A DNA stretch of 34,450 bases from a virus. Lineage: Duplodnaviria > Caudoviricetes. The stretch spans positions 1 to 34,450 of the IMG/VR virus record IMGVR_UViG_3300037722_000335; one strand, given 5' to 3'. The position numbers and the translations under genes were made by a program. Of the stretch, positions 18,739 to 27,355 are shown piece by piece. Each line of letters opens with the position of its first letter. The stretch's first letter is position 1. Below the pieces are notes generated by a model, which worked only from the letters and a program-made list of their open reading frames with translations, made no database searches and was not told the DNA's origin.

Positions 18739-19770
18739 TTATGCGAGAGAAGAAGCACACGACTCAATCCTCACCATGAAATTATCATTCAACCTCATGG
18801 AATTACAGTAGAAATCAGCACCGACAAAACCGTGTGACCGGCCGGGATTAGCATGATTAGCTGTCTGGCTGGAAATGATTGTCGGCTTGATCCCGCTATA
18901 ACCTTTACCCTTCAGGCTGATGTGTCCTATTGCGTCCTGACCGATAACGACAGATGTGAACACATCGTTATTGGCACTTCCGGCGCTGATCATTGTTCCG
19001 TTGTCAGCGGCACCGGCGGCGAGAATTGGGGTGAAGAGAGAAGACATTACGAAACGGTACTCATTGATCGCGCCGAACTCATTGGGATGAACAGGGGCAA
19101 TTGCACTGCCGTATTCTACCCGTTTAACAAAGCCGTCGATCTTTTGAACATCTGATTTCATATCGGTCGAAACGAAAATAACATATCCCGGCTCGACAGG
19201 TGCGGTATCAAAGTTGGGACCTGCGGCGATAGTTTTAGTAACTCGCTTAGCTCTGGCGTTGTAAAGTCCCCGGGCAGCAAGATCCAAGGTGTTCAGACCC
19301 ATAACACTATTCAGACCAACGCGAGTAGTTCCATTGGTGTAGTTGACCGCACTACCAGCTTTATACTGGCCGTATGCCACTAACTCAGCAATCTCGGCAA
19401 TTGTCTCTCCGGTAAGAGTTGCCATGTCAGACGGGATGTCGTCCTCATACATCAACTCGGACTTGTCGGAGAACTTAAACAGTACGGAGTAATGATTGAG
19501 TGTAACAGACACGTCAGTATAACTGATAGTGTTCGCGGTCGGAGTCGTGCCCTCTGCCGTGATAAATGCATTGGGATTGATGTTCGGCGCGCCGACTGCG
19601 TTCATGTTGAACGGGTTCAGCCGTCTGAACACGCGGGTGTCGGTTTTACGCTGTGGTTGGGACTTGTGATCGCCAAACATTCCGAGAACGGATTCAGTCT
19701 CGGCGTGGGCGAGCATTTTCATTTCTGCATCAATTAGATTACGTGATGCAACGGTGCTATAATTTTGCAT
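18739..19770 (-). CDS. Major capsid protein, N4-gp56-like family
   Basis: 343 aa; FRR..P, EG.TP, E.G.I..YRF and N...R.HGFVG..F motifs; follows the scaffold gene. Confidence 0.88.
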   Translation of the reverse strand: MQNYSTVASRNLIDAEMKMLAHAETESVLGMFGDHKSQPQRKTDTRVFRRLNPFNMNAVGAPNINPNAFITAEGTTPTANTISYTDVSVTLNHYSVLFKFSDKSELMYEDDIPSDMATLTGETIAEIAELVAYGQYKAGSAVNYTNGTTRVGLNSVMGLNTLDLAARGLYNARAKRVTKTIAAGPNFDTAPVEPGYVIFVSTDMKSDVQKIDGFVKRVEYGSAIAPVHPNEFGAINEYRFVMSSLFTPILAAGAADNGTMISAGSANNDVFTSVVIGQDAIGHISLKGKGYSGIKPTIISSQTANHANPGRSHGFVGADFYCNSMRLNDNFMVRIESCASSLA

Positions 19771-19773
19771 TTG

Positions 19774-20601
19774 CTACCTCTTCCATATTTTTGCCGCCGC
19801 TATGTTTCGATATTCTTCATCGGTCATATCGGCGATTGTTTTAGTTTTCTGGCTTGCTCCGCTCCGTGGTGGCTCGGTGGCTCGTTCCAGTCTTTCTGCT
19901 CGTTCTTTGGTTATTGTTGGCTTTTCTTTCGGCTTCTTTGACAGCAGGTAGTTATCGATTACTTCAACAGCGTCCAGTGCATCATTAGAGTTATATGCTT
20001 TGTCCTGAATTTCCGGCGGCTGGCTTAATATCCATGCTCCATATTCAGGCTCGGCAACAATCGATTCCCAGTTTTTGTGGTGGCTTTTGAGTAACTTCAA
20101 TTCAAAAGTTTTTTGAACCTCACTCAACTTAGTGGAAAAATTGGTTTCCAGTTCGGCCCTGATCTTCGCCACATCGGGGATATCAATCTTGCTGGCTTCC
20201 GAAAAGACCTCTTCCATTACATTAAACTTATCCTCGTCCTCCGGGTACTCGGCTCTGAGCTTTTCCCACTTGGCGTTCTTGACCGGCTCCGGTTTTACTT
20301 CCGGTGGCGGTTCAGGTTTTTTCCTGTTCTGAAGATCGTTCTGTAATGAGCCGACTCTTTTCTCTGCTTGGCTTAACCGATACTTGAGGTTGTTCACTTC
20401 GCCAAGTTGTGATTCGATATACGCTTTAACGGCGGGGTCAATTTCGACCTCGGCGGGCTTCTCGATTTCAACTGTTGGTTTTTCAACCTCTGGCTCAAGT
20501 TCCTGTTCAACCTCTTTGGGTGCTTCGAGCAACTCAGTCTTGCCACCCCAGATGTTTTGCGCTGCCTGTGCTCGATACTCTTCGTCTGTCAAATCGTCCA
20601 T
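19774..20601 (-). CDS. Capsid scaffolding protein
   Basis: Acidic, coiled-coil, between portal and capsid genes; the DxTDEEYR..AA..IW motif occurs at both termini. Confidence 0.75.
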   Translation of the reverse strand: MDDLTDEEYRAQAAQNIWGGKTELLEAPKEVEQELEPEVEKPTVEIEKPAEVEIDPAVKAYIESQLGEVNNLKYRLSQAEKRVGSLQNDLQNRKKPEPPPEVKPEPVKNAKWEKLRAEYPEDEDKFNVMEEVFSEASKIDIPDVAKIRAELETNFSTKLSEVQKTFELKLLKSHHKNWESIVAEPEYGAWILSQPPEIQDKAYNSNDALDAVEVIDNYLLSKKPKEKPTITKERAERLERATEPPRSGASQKTKTIADMTDEEYRNIAAAKIWKR

Positions 20602-20888
20602 GGTTTTTCCTCCCCGGCGTTTAGGCGGGTTTCTTTAGGGCGGGACGCTTCCCGGCCAAGTTCTTCAAGATCCTTTAGTGCTTGGATCTTTCCTCTTATA
20701 AATGCAGTCTCAACAGCGTCCCGGCGTAGCGCGTCGTTCTTCTCGCGTTCGGCGGTTATCTGTTCTTGCTGCCATTTTTCTATATATCGCCAAGTCTTCG
20801 AATAAACATCCAGCTCGGCATCATCGCCTTCCTGTTTCAGCTTTGCTTCGAAAGGAAGGATTTTTTCTTTTTTAGTGAACCATTTCAT
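20589..20888 (-). CDS. Conserved small protein between portal and scaffold
   Basis: TW..I...R.KND......TAFIRGKIQALK.L pattern; overlaps both neighbours. Confidence 0.65.
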   Translation of the reverse strand: MKWFTKKEKILPFEAKLKQEGDDAELDVYSKTWRYIEKWQQEQITAEREKNDALRRDAVETAFIRGKIQALKDLEELGREASRPKETRLNAGEEKPWTI

Positions 20889-23080
20889 TTTTGGTACGCC
20901 TCCCCCGTCGGTGCTTTCCCGCTCGGTTCCACGATCGGAGTTGCCACTTGCGGGGCCTTACCCCCTTGAGCGCTTAATGCCAGTTGCACCTTTAACTTAT
21001 CGAGTGACATTCCAGACTTTTCGGCGTACTCCATTTGTTTCATCTGGAAATCAATAGCCTTCATTTCGTTTTCGTGGGCGCGGTCGAGTTCGGCCTGCTG
21101 CGCTTTAAACTCAAGTTCTCTCATTACCGCTTCTTGTCTGACCTTCTCTTTTTCTAACTCCCCTTGTGCTTTTAATTTGGCAAGTTGCACGTCAGGCGGT
21201 TCGGGCGGTTGCTGTTTCTTTTTCTCTTCATCGTATTGTGCTAAAGCGTCTTCAGACTTAAGAATATCCAAACGTTTAGACTTGACCGCCATCTCAGCAG
21301 CTTTATTCCAATCGATGATTCGGTCAAAGTGTGGATCATGCTTGAGTGCGTAAACTTCGAGAATTGCCCTGCCCTGCTGGTCACGTTCAAGAAGAACGGA
21401 AGTACCACGGCTGATAACCTTGAAATCACCCTTGATCTCCGGCTTATCGGAGTACTGCATGTTGTAATGATAATAGCGGGTGATGTGCTTATCGGTGATG
21501 TCGTCGTCGTAATGTTTCGTGCGGTGGCGAAGTCCAACGTTAGATGAATCTACCGCTATATTGGTCTGTCCAAGGGTGTCCGGGAGTTTTTGAGCCTCGC
21601 CTTGAAATACAGTAGGTAGCGCTGTTTCAAGATCGGCAAAACGGAGGACCAGTTCGATTATTGCCTGATAGTGTGGCTGGTTATTTGGGACCGTGAAAAC
21701 CTGAAAGGCTTTTCGTGCATCCTCCATATCGTCTTTGTTGATAAATACCGATCCGAGCTGCCATAATTGCCCTGGTGCCGGCTGAAGAGTTTTGTTGGCT
21801 ACGATAGTTGATTTAGCCGATTCGCCGCTGTTATCCATCATTGCCCGCCACGCAGCTTTCAATATCCTGTGCAGCCATGACAGCATACGAGGAATGCCGA
21901 TACCATATGGAGAGTTTATGTCTATCTCAGCCCATCGGAATACGTCATAAGGGATACCGCCTGAATCAAGCGTATTCAGTTCAACCCGTACTGGCCGGTC
22001 GTTTATCATCACCACATTAGCGGTGATTTTGCGGAAATCGTTCTTGATGTTGCAGCCGATAGCTTCAAGGTGTTCGCGGGGAATGTCTATTACTCCCTGC
22101 CATATCTCATATGCGCTACCTATCTCGGCTTCTGTAACTTTTTCTCCGTCCCTGCCGGTATTGGCCCATGATGTTCGTTTGGGCGGTTCAAGCAAGATAG
22201 ACTTTAACTGATCGTCGAAATAACCTTTGACTCCGATCAAATCGATTATAGCCCTTGGAAGGATAGTGTCATGTTCCCAAACATATTCACAGGTCTTTTG
22301 AATGTTGCTGGTTGTGCCTGGGGAAAAGTAAACCTTCCAGCAATCAACAAAACTCGTAGATGGGTTATGTTTTTCGACCATCTGCATGACGTGGACTATT
22401 GACCCATCTTCCTGCTGTTCCGGTACCCATTTCTTTGTAACGGCCTTAATGACGTTTGGGCCTTTGATAATCCCTGCACCCAACCGCACAGCCTGTTTAA
22501 TGAGCTTGCGCTGCTCGGCATTATAGTCACATTCGGATAATTGGTCGTCAATCTCGACCTCCATTAACTTCATGGCCTTTCGAGCTTTTTCGATCTTGTC
22601 TATTGCCACTGCCGACATCGGTGCTTTGTTGCCCTGTTCGTCGGTTATCGGCTGGCCGTTCTGTAACGCTGGCCGTTCGTCTTTGCGCTGCTCATCAAGC
22701 TCCGGATTCGGGGTGATATCGATTCCCCAATTCCTGCCGTCTGTGGGAAGCTGGATGTCGGCGAACCTGGCCTCTGCTACTTCGGCACGGCCACGAATGA
22801 TGTTGACGACAACAGAGGATCTGGTGTTTTGCTTGTTGAGCTGCCTATTGCCGATACCTTGCGCGTAGTCTGTTACACTGTCACCACCGGGGGAGACTTC
22901 GGTACCTTCTTTGAAAATCTTTTCATCTTCGGCCCATTGACGTTCAATACCGGAATTGCGCCGATAAGTAACGGCTTCGTCGCGAGTCTTGATGCAGATG
23001 TCGGCAAGGGCCATGAGTGCGCGGCGCTTGCGGGTGTCTTGCTCGTCTTCTTTCGTTGTCTCTTCTGCTTCTTCGATCAA
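20885..23080 (-). CDS. Portal protein (P22-like, with C-terminal coiled-coil barrel)
   Basis: 731 aa after the terminase; LG.GIIKGP, YG.GIP..L, AWR..MDN and IKGDFKV..RG motifs; long C-terminal coiled coil. Confidence 0.88.
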   Translation of the reverse strand: MIEEAEETTKEDEQDTRKRRALMALADICIKTRDEAVTYRRNSGIERQWAEDEKIFKEGTEVSPGGDSVTDYAQGIGNRQLNKQNTRSSVVVNIIRGRAEVAEARFADIQLPTDGRNWGIDITPNPELDEQRKDERPALQNGQPITDEQGNKAPMSAVAIDKIEKARKAMKLMEVEIDDQLSECDYNAEQRKLIKQAVRLGAGIIKGPNVIKAVTKKWVPEQQEDGSIVHVMQMVEKHNPSTSFVDCWKVYFSPGTTSNIQKTCEYVWEHDTILPRAIIDLIGVKGYFDDQLKSILLEPPKRTSWANTGRDGEKVTEAEIGSAYEIWQGVIDIPREHLEAIGCNIKNDFRKITANVVMINDRPVRVELNTLDSGGIPYDVFRWAEIDINSPYGIGIPRMLSWLHRILKAAWRAMMDNSGESAKSTIVANKTLQPAPGQLWQLGSVFINKDDMEDARKAFQVFTVPNNQPHYQAIIELVLRFADLETALPTVFQGEAQKLPDTLGQTNIAVDSSNVGLRHRTKHYDDDITDKHITRYYHYNMQYSDKPEIKGDFKVISRGTSVLLERDQQGRAILEVYALKHDPHFDRIIDWNKAAEMAVKSKRLDILKSEDALAQYDEEKKKQQPPEPPDVQLAKLKAQGELEKEKVRQEAVMRELEFKAQQAELDRAHENEMKAIDFQMKQMEYAEKSGMSLDKLKVQLALSAQGGKAPQVATPIVEPSGKAPTGEAYQK

Positions 23081-23091
23081 AGTATCAGCCT

Positions 23092-23295
23092 TTACGCTAA
23101 CTCAAGATTGTCTTCAAAGTACTTCCTGGCAACATACCATTGGTCTGCGTGATTCTTTGGATTCCTGGCTATCATCCCCATATCAGTTAAGGGGTTATCA
23201 ACAGCAGCAACAGATATATTACTGAGGTCTTCACCCAAGACATATGGGCGCATCTCCGACAGTCCTTTTCTTTTGTATTGCTTAAACTCTTCCAT
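23092..23295 (-). CDS. Small conserved phage hypothetical protein
   Basis: 67 aa with GGAG RBS; MRPY..GEDL...GMIARNPKNHADQWYVA. Confidence 0.65.
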   Translation of the reverse strand: MEEFKQYKRKGLSEMRPYVLGEDLSNISVAAVDNPLTDMGMIARNPKNHADQWYVARKYFEDNLELA

Positions 23296-23331
23296 TTTGC
23301 TCCATTCGCCCTTTTACAGTAAAAATACTTT

Positions 23332-23853
23332 TTATTGTCTCACTGAGTGTTTTAATGCTTTCTGGAACATCTCTTCTTCGTTCCACTTGTGGCAGTTAAG
23401 TGGTGGGTTGTGGTAAACGATGTTCGCCATTTCAAACGTATCTACAATGGTTTTATCTACACTCTTGCAAAAGACTAAGTTAAAACTCTTATTAGTCAGG
23501 TGTTGCGATATTCTCCCAGTAATGTTCATTGACTGGCCTATATAAGCCAACTCATTATCGTTAAATAAAAAGTATACAACTTGATCGCATTTGAAAGGAA
23601 TCGTATCAGATGGCGTCATGTCGTCCTCAAGAACGACCATGCTTTCAATTTCTTCTTTCCTTTCACGCAATAATTGATAAATTTCCAGAGTGGTGTAGAC
23701 ATTAACTCCACCATCGCTGGCTAATATTTTACTGTTTATCTTATTCCCATGATCTAGCATAAGTTTTCTTGCTACACCGGGAGGTATGTTGAATAAATCA
23801 GCTATTTTTTTTATGTCTACAATATCGGTACATTGTGATAACAATGGTGTCAT
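23332..23853 (-). CDS. GIY-YIG-like nuclease domain protein with N-terminal putative HTH
   Basis: VVYFL...AYIGQS.NI..RI.QH...E....HNPPLN GIY-YIG signature in the C-terminal half; low GC; inserted between terL and portal. Confidence 0.7.
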   Translation of the reverse strand: MTPLLSQCTDIVDIKKIADLFNIPPGVARKLMLDHGNKINSKILASDGGVNVYTTLEIYQLLRERKEEIESMVVLEDDMTPSDTIPFKCDQVVYFLFNDNELAYIGQSMNITGRISQHLTNKSFNLVFCKSVDKTIVDTFEMANIVYHNPPLNCHKWNEEEMFQKALKHSVRQ

Positions 23854-23901
23854 TCCTTCCTAATGGTTTACCTAACAAAATATCTACGCTTTGACCTAAC
23901 A

Positions 23902-25191
23902 TCAGTATCCGGCCCCCGCGTCATACGGCATTGACAATGGGACTTGTACCGGCTCGTAAACGTTCTCATTATGGTTGTGCATATTCTCAGCGTTACAGCA
24001 GATGTATCGAAAATTATCTCCACCATGAGACCAGATATCCCCAACAGGGCGGCCCTCTGCTTGTGTTGCCCTGTTGACAGTCCTCTTGTATCGCTTCAAT
24101 GCTTCAATGAGTGGATCGGCAAGCGTTTTATCAAAGTAGAACTGGCTAAACATCATCCTGGCATTTCTGATACCTGTTTCAATCCCCATCTCTACTATGT
24201 CGTCACGACTCGGCACGTCCCATCCAAGCGCACGAAAGACTTCTGCGTCGGTGTTGCCAGTCTGTCTACTTGTGCTAAATCCGTCATGAGGGAGAAAAAC
24301 CTTGCCCCAATTATAGTTAAGCGTTCGCATATAACCAGAATAGCCAGGGATATCTCTGAATCCTCCCTGAATAGCCCGAATAACCCTAATCTCTGATGAT
24401 TTCTTTTGGACGAAAGACAGGAACATATGGTCGAGGTTGCCAAGATCGGCAATGACATGGACCCTTAACATTGGATCGTAAGGGACGTTGCAGATTCTGC
24501 CCTGCCTGTTTGCTGTTTCAATTTCCTTATAGAAAATAGCACCATCGGCAGCCGGACGACACACACCCTCCCAGACATTATCGTAGTCGTCGGGGTATTT
24601 CTTCTGGCACTCAATCCGCTCTTGTTCCAAAACTGCATTAAACCACGGATTGTCGGAGTAATTCATGTGGGCCAGAACACAGTCGTCAGGTGGTTCTATC
24701 GCGAAACGTTGGTGCGTTGGGTCTGTCTCTAGGTCAGGGTTGTAGGTAAACCATATTTCTGAACCGTCCTTACGAATAGTCGGCAGTAGAATTTTCCATG
24801 AACGATCTGAGATAGACTGTGCTTCCTCCACCCACGCAATATCATAACCTTCAAAAGATTTGATAGAGTCTACTGTTTGACCTGAGAGTCCGGTAAAAGA
24901 TATCTTCGTGCCGTTGTTCCCTCTTATCTCGTCGCGGAGAGTATTGTAGAAGGGACCAAGGCCCATCATTTGAATCTGGTCTTTTAATAACTGGTAAACT
25001 GAATCGTCCAGAGACTTTTGAACCTCACGTGCGCACAAAATCCGCACCTTCTTTGCCCTGCCCATCACCAACAATGCCCTGGCAAACGACCACGACTTAG
25101 CAGATCCTCTACCACCCTTCGCGCCCTTATACCGATGTGGCTCATAAAGGAACGCTAGCTTGTTTGGTATCTGGATGGAGAGTTTAGCCAT
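23902..25191 (-). CDS. terL: Terminase large subunit (PBSX/XtmB-like)
   Basis: Walker A GGRGSAKS, CAREVQKSL, Walker B WVEEAQ, TYNP, C-terminal nuclease (DLG, LPHDG, SHGGDNFRY). Confidence 0.95.
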   Translation of the reverse strand: MAKLSIQIPNKLAFLYEPHRYKGAKGGRGSAKSWSFARALLVMGRAKKVRILCAREVQKSLDDSVYQLLKDQIQMMGLGPFYNTLRDEIRGNNGTKISFTGLSGQTVDSIKSFEGYDIAWVEEAQSISDRSWKILLPTIRKDGSEIWFTYNPDLETDPTHQRFAIEPPDDCVLAHMNYSDNPWFNAVLEQERIECQKKYPDDYDNVWEGVCRPAADGAIFYKEIETANRQGRICNVPYDPMLRVHVIADLGNLDHMFLSFVQKKSSEIRVIRAIQGGFRDIPGYSGYMRTLNYNWGKVFLPHDGFSTSRQTGNTDAEVFRALGWDVPSRDDIVEMGIETGIRNARMMFSQFYFDKTLADPLIEALKRYKRTVNRATQAEGRPVGDIWSHGGDNFRYICCNAENMHNHNENVYEPVQVPLSMPYDAGAGY

Positions 25192-25780
25192 TCGCTTTCA
25201 CAAACATTATTTCTATTTCGTCAAATTCTGGATCGATGTCATGCAATTTAAAGACCTTTGCCTCAAGATCAAAAAGTATCCTGATTGTTTCTACCAGTTT
25301 CTTTCCACTGTCTATTCTACCCTCAAACGAAATAACCCGTTGATACGCAGCCTGCATTCTGTCCACTGTGACATTGGGGTTCGCCATCATTTCCCCAAGT
25401 TTCGACAAATCTTCCTGCTGATCACACAGCTGGCCGAACTCTAGAAACATCGACCTGAACCGTTCGCGAATAGCAATCAGGTCTTTTCTTTCTCGGTAAT
25501 GTATTTGCGCTATCTGTGTGGAATCGAAATCAACCCGTTGCGCCTCGGTTAGTTTCCCCTCAACACTAACTCCTTCACTAACCTCAAGCTCGCTAACCTT
25601 TTTTTCTGCTAACGCCTGAATCTTTCCTTTGAGGTTTCTTGTCCACTTAAAACGCTTGGCGTGTTTGATTATCCCTGCATCTGACACGCTAAACTCTTCA
25701 CCGATATCTTTTAGGGATCTTATCCCTGCTCGGTAGTGGGGTTCAATTGCATCCCAATCTATTTTAGGTTTCGTGGTCAA
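25184..25780 (-). CDS. terS: Terminase small subunit
   Basis: N-terminal HTH (DWDAIE..YRAG..SL..IG..F.VS...I.K.AK...W.R), overlapping terL; TTG start. Confidence 0.8.
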   Translation of the reverse strand: MTTKPKIDWDAIEPHYRAGIRSLKDIGEEFSVSDAGIIKHAKRFKWTRNLKGKIQALAEKKVSELEVSEGVSVEGKLTEAQRVDFDSTQIAQIHYRERKDLIAIRERFRSMFLEFGQLCDQQEDLSKLGEMMANPNVTVDRMQAAYQRVISFEGRIDSGKKLVETIRILFDLEAKVFKLHDIDPEFDEIEIMFVKANG

Positions 25781-25827
25781 GATTATCTACCGCCGAACAT
25801 CTGTTGTTTGTTGGTTAATGCTCTCAC

Positions 25828-25965
25828 TTACTTGGTTGCCCTTTGTTTCTTCTTGCGTTCAGCTATTGGCTGATCTTGCCGCTTTCGGTCTTTACCGAAT
25901 ATCCGGTCCAAACCCTCTCGGTATTTATCATTCGGTATATGACATCTGGAATTACCTTTTGACAT
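25828..25965 (-). CDS. Small basic phage protein (45 aa)
   Basis: Manual translation MSKGNSRCHIPNDKYREGLDRIFGKDRKRQDQPIAERKKKQRATK; TAATG coupling to the upstream gene; MSKG...DRIFG resembles a recurrent small phage protein. Confidence 0.55.
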   Translation of the reverse strand: MSKGNSRCHIPNDKYREGLDRIFGKDRKRQDQPIAERKKKQRATK

Positions 25966-26156
25966 TAAAATGCCTTTATCCGTTCGCTGAGAACATTTGA
26001 GTATGCTTCCATGAATACCATCTGCCGTATTAACCTGTGCTGTTCTTCTGGCGTTGTATCCAGTATTTTGTCTGAATTAAGAAAACTACTCAATTTATGG
26101 AACTTGTCGTTTAGTTCTTTCTGTTCCTCTATCACTCTTAATTGATACTCTTTCAT
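25965..26156 (-). CDS. crAss001_48-like helical hairpin protein (63 aa)
   Basis: MKEYQLRVIEEQKEL..K..KL..FL...RL..Q...M..Y..VL.ERI; GGAG RBS at 26161-26164 supports a start at 26156 rather than 26300. Confidence 0.7.
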   Translation of the reverse strand: MKEYQLRVIEEQKELNDKFHKLSSFLNSDKILDTTPEEQHRLIRQMVFMEAYSNVLSERIKAF

Positions 26157-26170
26157 GTTGCTCCAAAACG

Positions 26171-26214
26171 AAAAAAGGCCGCAAAGATACATTTCAGTAT
26201 TCCTTGCGGCCTTT
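26171..26214 (-). terminator. Intrinsic terminator
   Basis: AAAGGCCGCAA...TTGCGGCCTTT 11-bp inverted repeat running into TTTTTT on the minus strand. Confidence 0.7.
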
Positions 26215-26275
26215 AACTTGGCGTGTGGTTCAGTAGGTTGCGCCTGTACGGGTGGCCTACTGGTATGTGATACTT

Positions 26276-26394
26276 CTACTGTGGTGGGATTCGAACCCAC
26301 GGAGCCCGTAGCACTAAAACTGATATTGGCCAGGCTCTAGTTTTTTAGGGCTATAATCTCCCATCTACCCGTTGAGCCTCTCCGGCACACAGAC
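26276..26394 (-). ncRNA. tRNA-like RNA / pseudo-tRNA with expanded central region
   Basis: Perfect T-arm GTGGG-TTCGAAT-CCCAC, Ser-type D-arm TG-CCG-GAGAGGCTCAA-CGG, 5-bp acceptor pairing CTGTG/CACAG; about 68 nt between the D and T arms; no CCA. Confidence 0.6.
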
Positions 26395-26425
26395 TGTCAT
26401 CAGCGAATATCCGAATCTCGCGTAA

Positions 26426-26596
26426 TCACAGGACACATCTTTGCAAATAACCCTTAACCAATTCCTTATCAACCAGATAACATTCTGTATCGGTGATTAT
26501 ATCAATAGCCGCTTTCTTGCTTTTGGAAACAGCCTTTGACAACTTGCCTTGCTCGGTTGTGGTCATTGATGCTATTGCTTTTTTCCAGTTCTTCAT
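26426..26596 (-). CDS. Small hypothetical protein (56 aa)
   Basis: Manual translation MKNWKKAIASMTTTEQGKLSKAV...YLQRCVL; ATGA overlap with the upstream ORF. Confidence 0.5.
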   Translation of the reverse strand: MKNWKKAIASMTTTEQGKLSKAVSKSKKAAIDIITDTECYLVDKELVKGYLQRCVL

Positions 26597-26862
26597 AATA
26601 GTTCCGGGGCTGTTGCCAGTTGACTAAGAAGATCTTCCTTGGCTTCGGCAATGGTAAACCGTGTTCTACCCACGGTTACAGTGTCAGATCCACTTTTGGG
26701 ATACTCCATAATATCGTTTGCCACTTCGTCCATTAACTTCAGTGCTCCAAAACTAGGCAAAATCAGCGAATGAAAAACAACAGACTTTCCTATGCTGATA
26801 AAAAAAGACTTATCTTTGTTTTGTTGTATCGTGTATTTATATTTGAGTTGTTCCTGTTCCAT
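26593..26862 (-). CDS. Hypothetical protein (89 aa)
   Basis: AAGGAG RBS; TAATG coupling to the upstream ORF. Confidence 0.65.
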   Translation of the reverse strand: MEQEQLKYKYTIQQNKDKSFFISIGKSVVFHSLILPSFGALKLMDEVANDIMEYPKSGSDTVTVGRTRFTIAEAKEDLLSQLATAPELL

Positions 26863-26975
26863 TACTTGAGCTCCTTTGCCAGAAGGTCAACCAACATCTT
26901 CAACACCCGATACAAAATCTCCTGCATCTTCCTCGCCGGGATCGCCGGTTTAGCAATCGGCTGATATTCTTTCAT
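26862..26975 (-). CDS. Small hypothetical protein (37 aa)
   Basis: Manual translation MKEYQPIAKPAIPARKMQEILYRVLKMLVDLLAKELK; exactly fills the gap with TGATG and TAATG overlaps. Confidence 0.6.
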   Translation of the reverse strand: MKEYQPIAKPAIPARKMQEILYRVLKMLVDLLAKELK

Positions 26976-27295
26976 CAATTCTGGCATGACAATCCGAGTA
27001 ATTGGTCACAAATTTGTTTCCGAGTAATCACACCGGAGTCCAATTCATCTTTCAAAACAAACAATCCGTCATCCTGTGTATCCCGCACGGAAAAGAGTAC
27101 CGCTTTACGACCGTCATTGAGGACAACTTCCTCTTCGTGAATGTCGGCCTGTTCAAATTTATCAACAACTTCAGTGATTACACGGAGTCTCCGCGCCTTT
27201 TCGGTGATTTCTGCGATTCTGTTGGACTTAGCTCTTTCGAGTGAAAGTTGCCTGAACGATGGTGGTTGAACAAAATTGACGATGTTTTTTGCCAT
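26975..27295 (-). CDS. Hypothetical protein (106 aa), first gene after the CRISPR-repeat-like leader
   Basis: AGGAG RBS directly following the repeat-like unit. Confidence 0.7.
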   Translation of the reverse strand: MAKNIVNFVQPPSFRQLSLERAKSNRIAEITEKARRLRVITEVVDKFEQADIHEEEVVLNDGRKAVLFSVRDTQDDGLFVLKDELDSGVITRKQICDQLLGLSCQN

Positions 27296-27305
27296 TGATG
27301 CTCCT

Positions 27306-27338
27306 GTTTCAATTCACGCCCTGACTAAACAGGACGAA
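27306..27338 (-). CRISPR. Solitary type I-C CRISPR repeat-like unit (not an array)
   Basis: TTCGTCCTGTTTAGTCAGGGCGTGAATTGAAAC: 7-bp stem CGTCCTG/CAGGGCG then the 11-nt tail TGAATTGAAAC, matching the I-C architecture GTCGC...GCGTGGATTGAAAC. Confidence 0.65.
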
Positions 27339-27355
27339 AAATTATAATTTTACTT

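Noticed and set aside
24170-24530. Two GTTTCAAT matches (about 24176 and 24515) resembling CRISPR repeat ends
   Set aside because: Both are inside terL and encode I-E-T; no flanking hairpin and no regular spacing.
26157-26300. N-terminal extension of ORF 25965..26300
   Set aside because: Runs through the tRNA-like T-arm and terminator; the RBS supports a start at 26156.
26276-26394. tmRNA or attachment-site interpretation of the tRNA-like element
   Set aside because: Too short and lacks a tag ORF for tmRNA; no integrase in the window, and both tRNA halves are present rather than only a 3' fragment.
27235-27305. Possible second degenerate repeat about 34 nt after the repeat mimic, which would make a mini-array
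   Set aside because: Only a GTT start and a GAAAG end match; no stem, and it lies within coding sequence.
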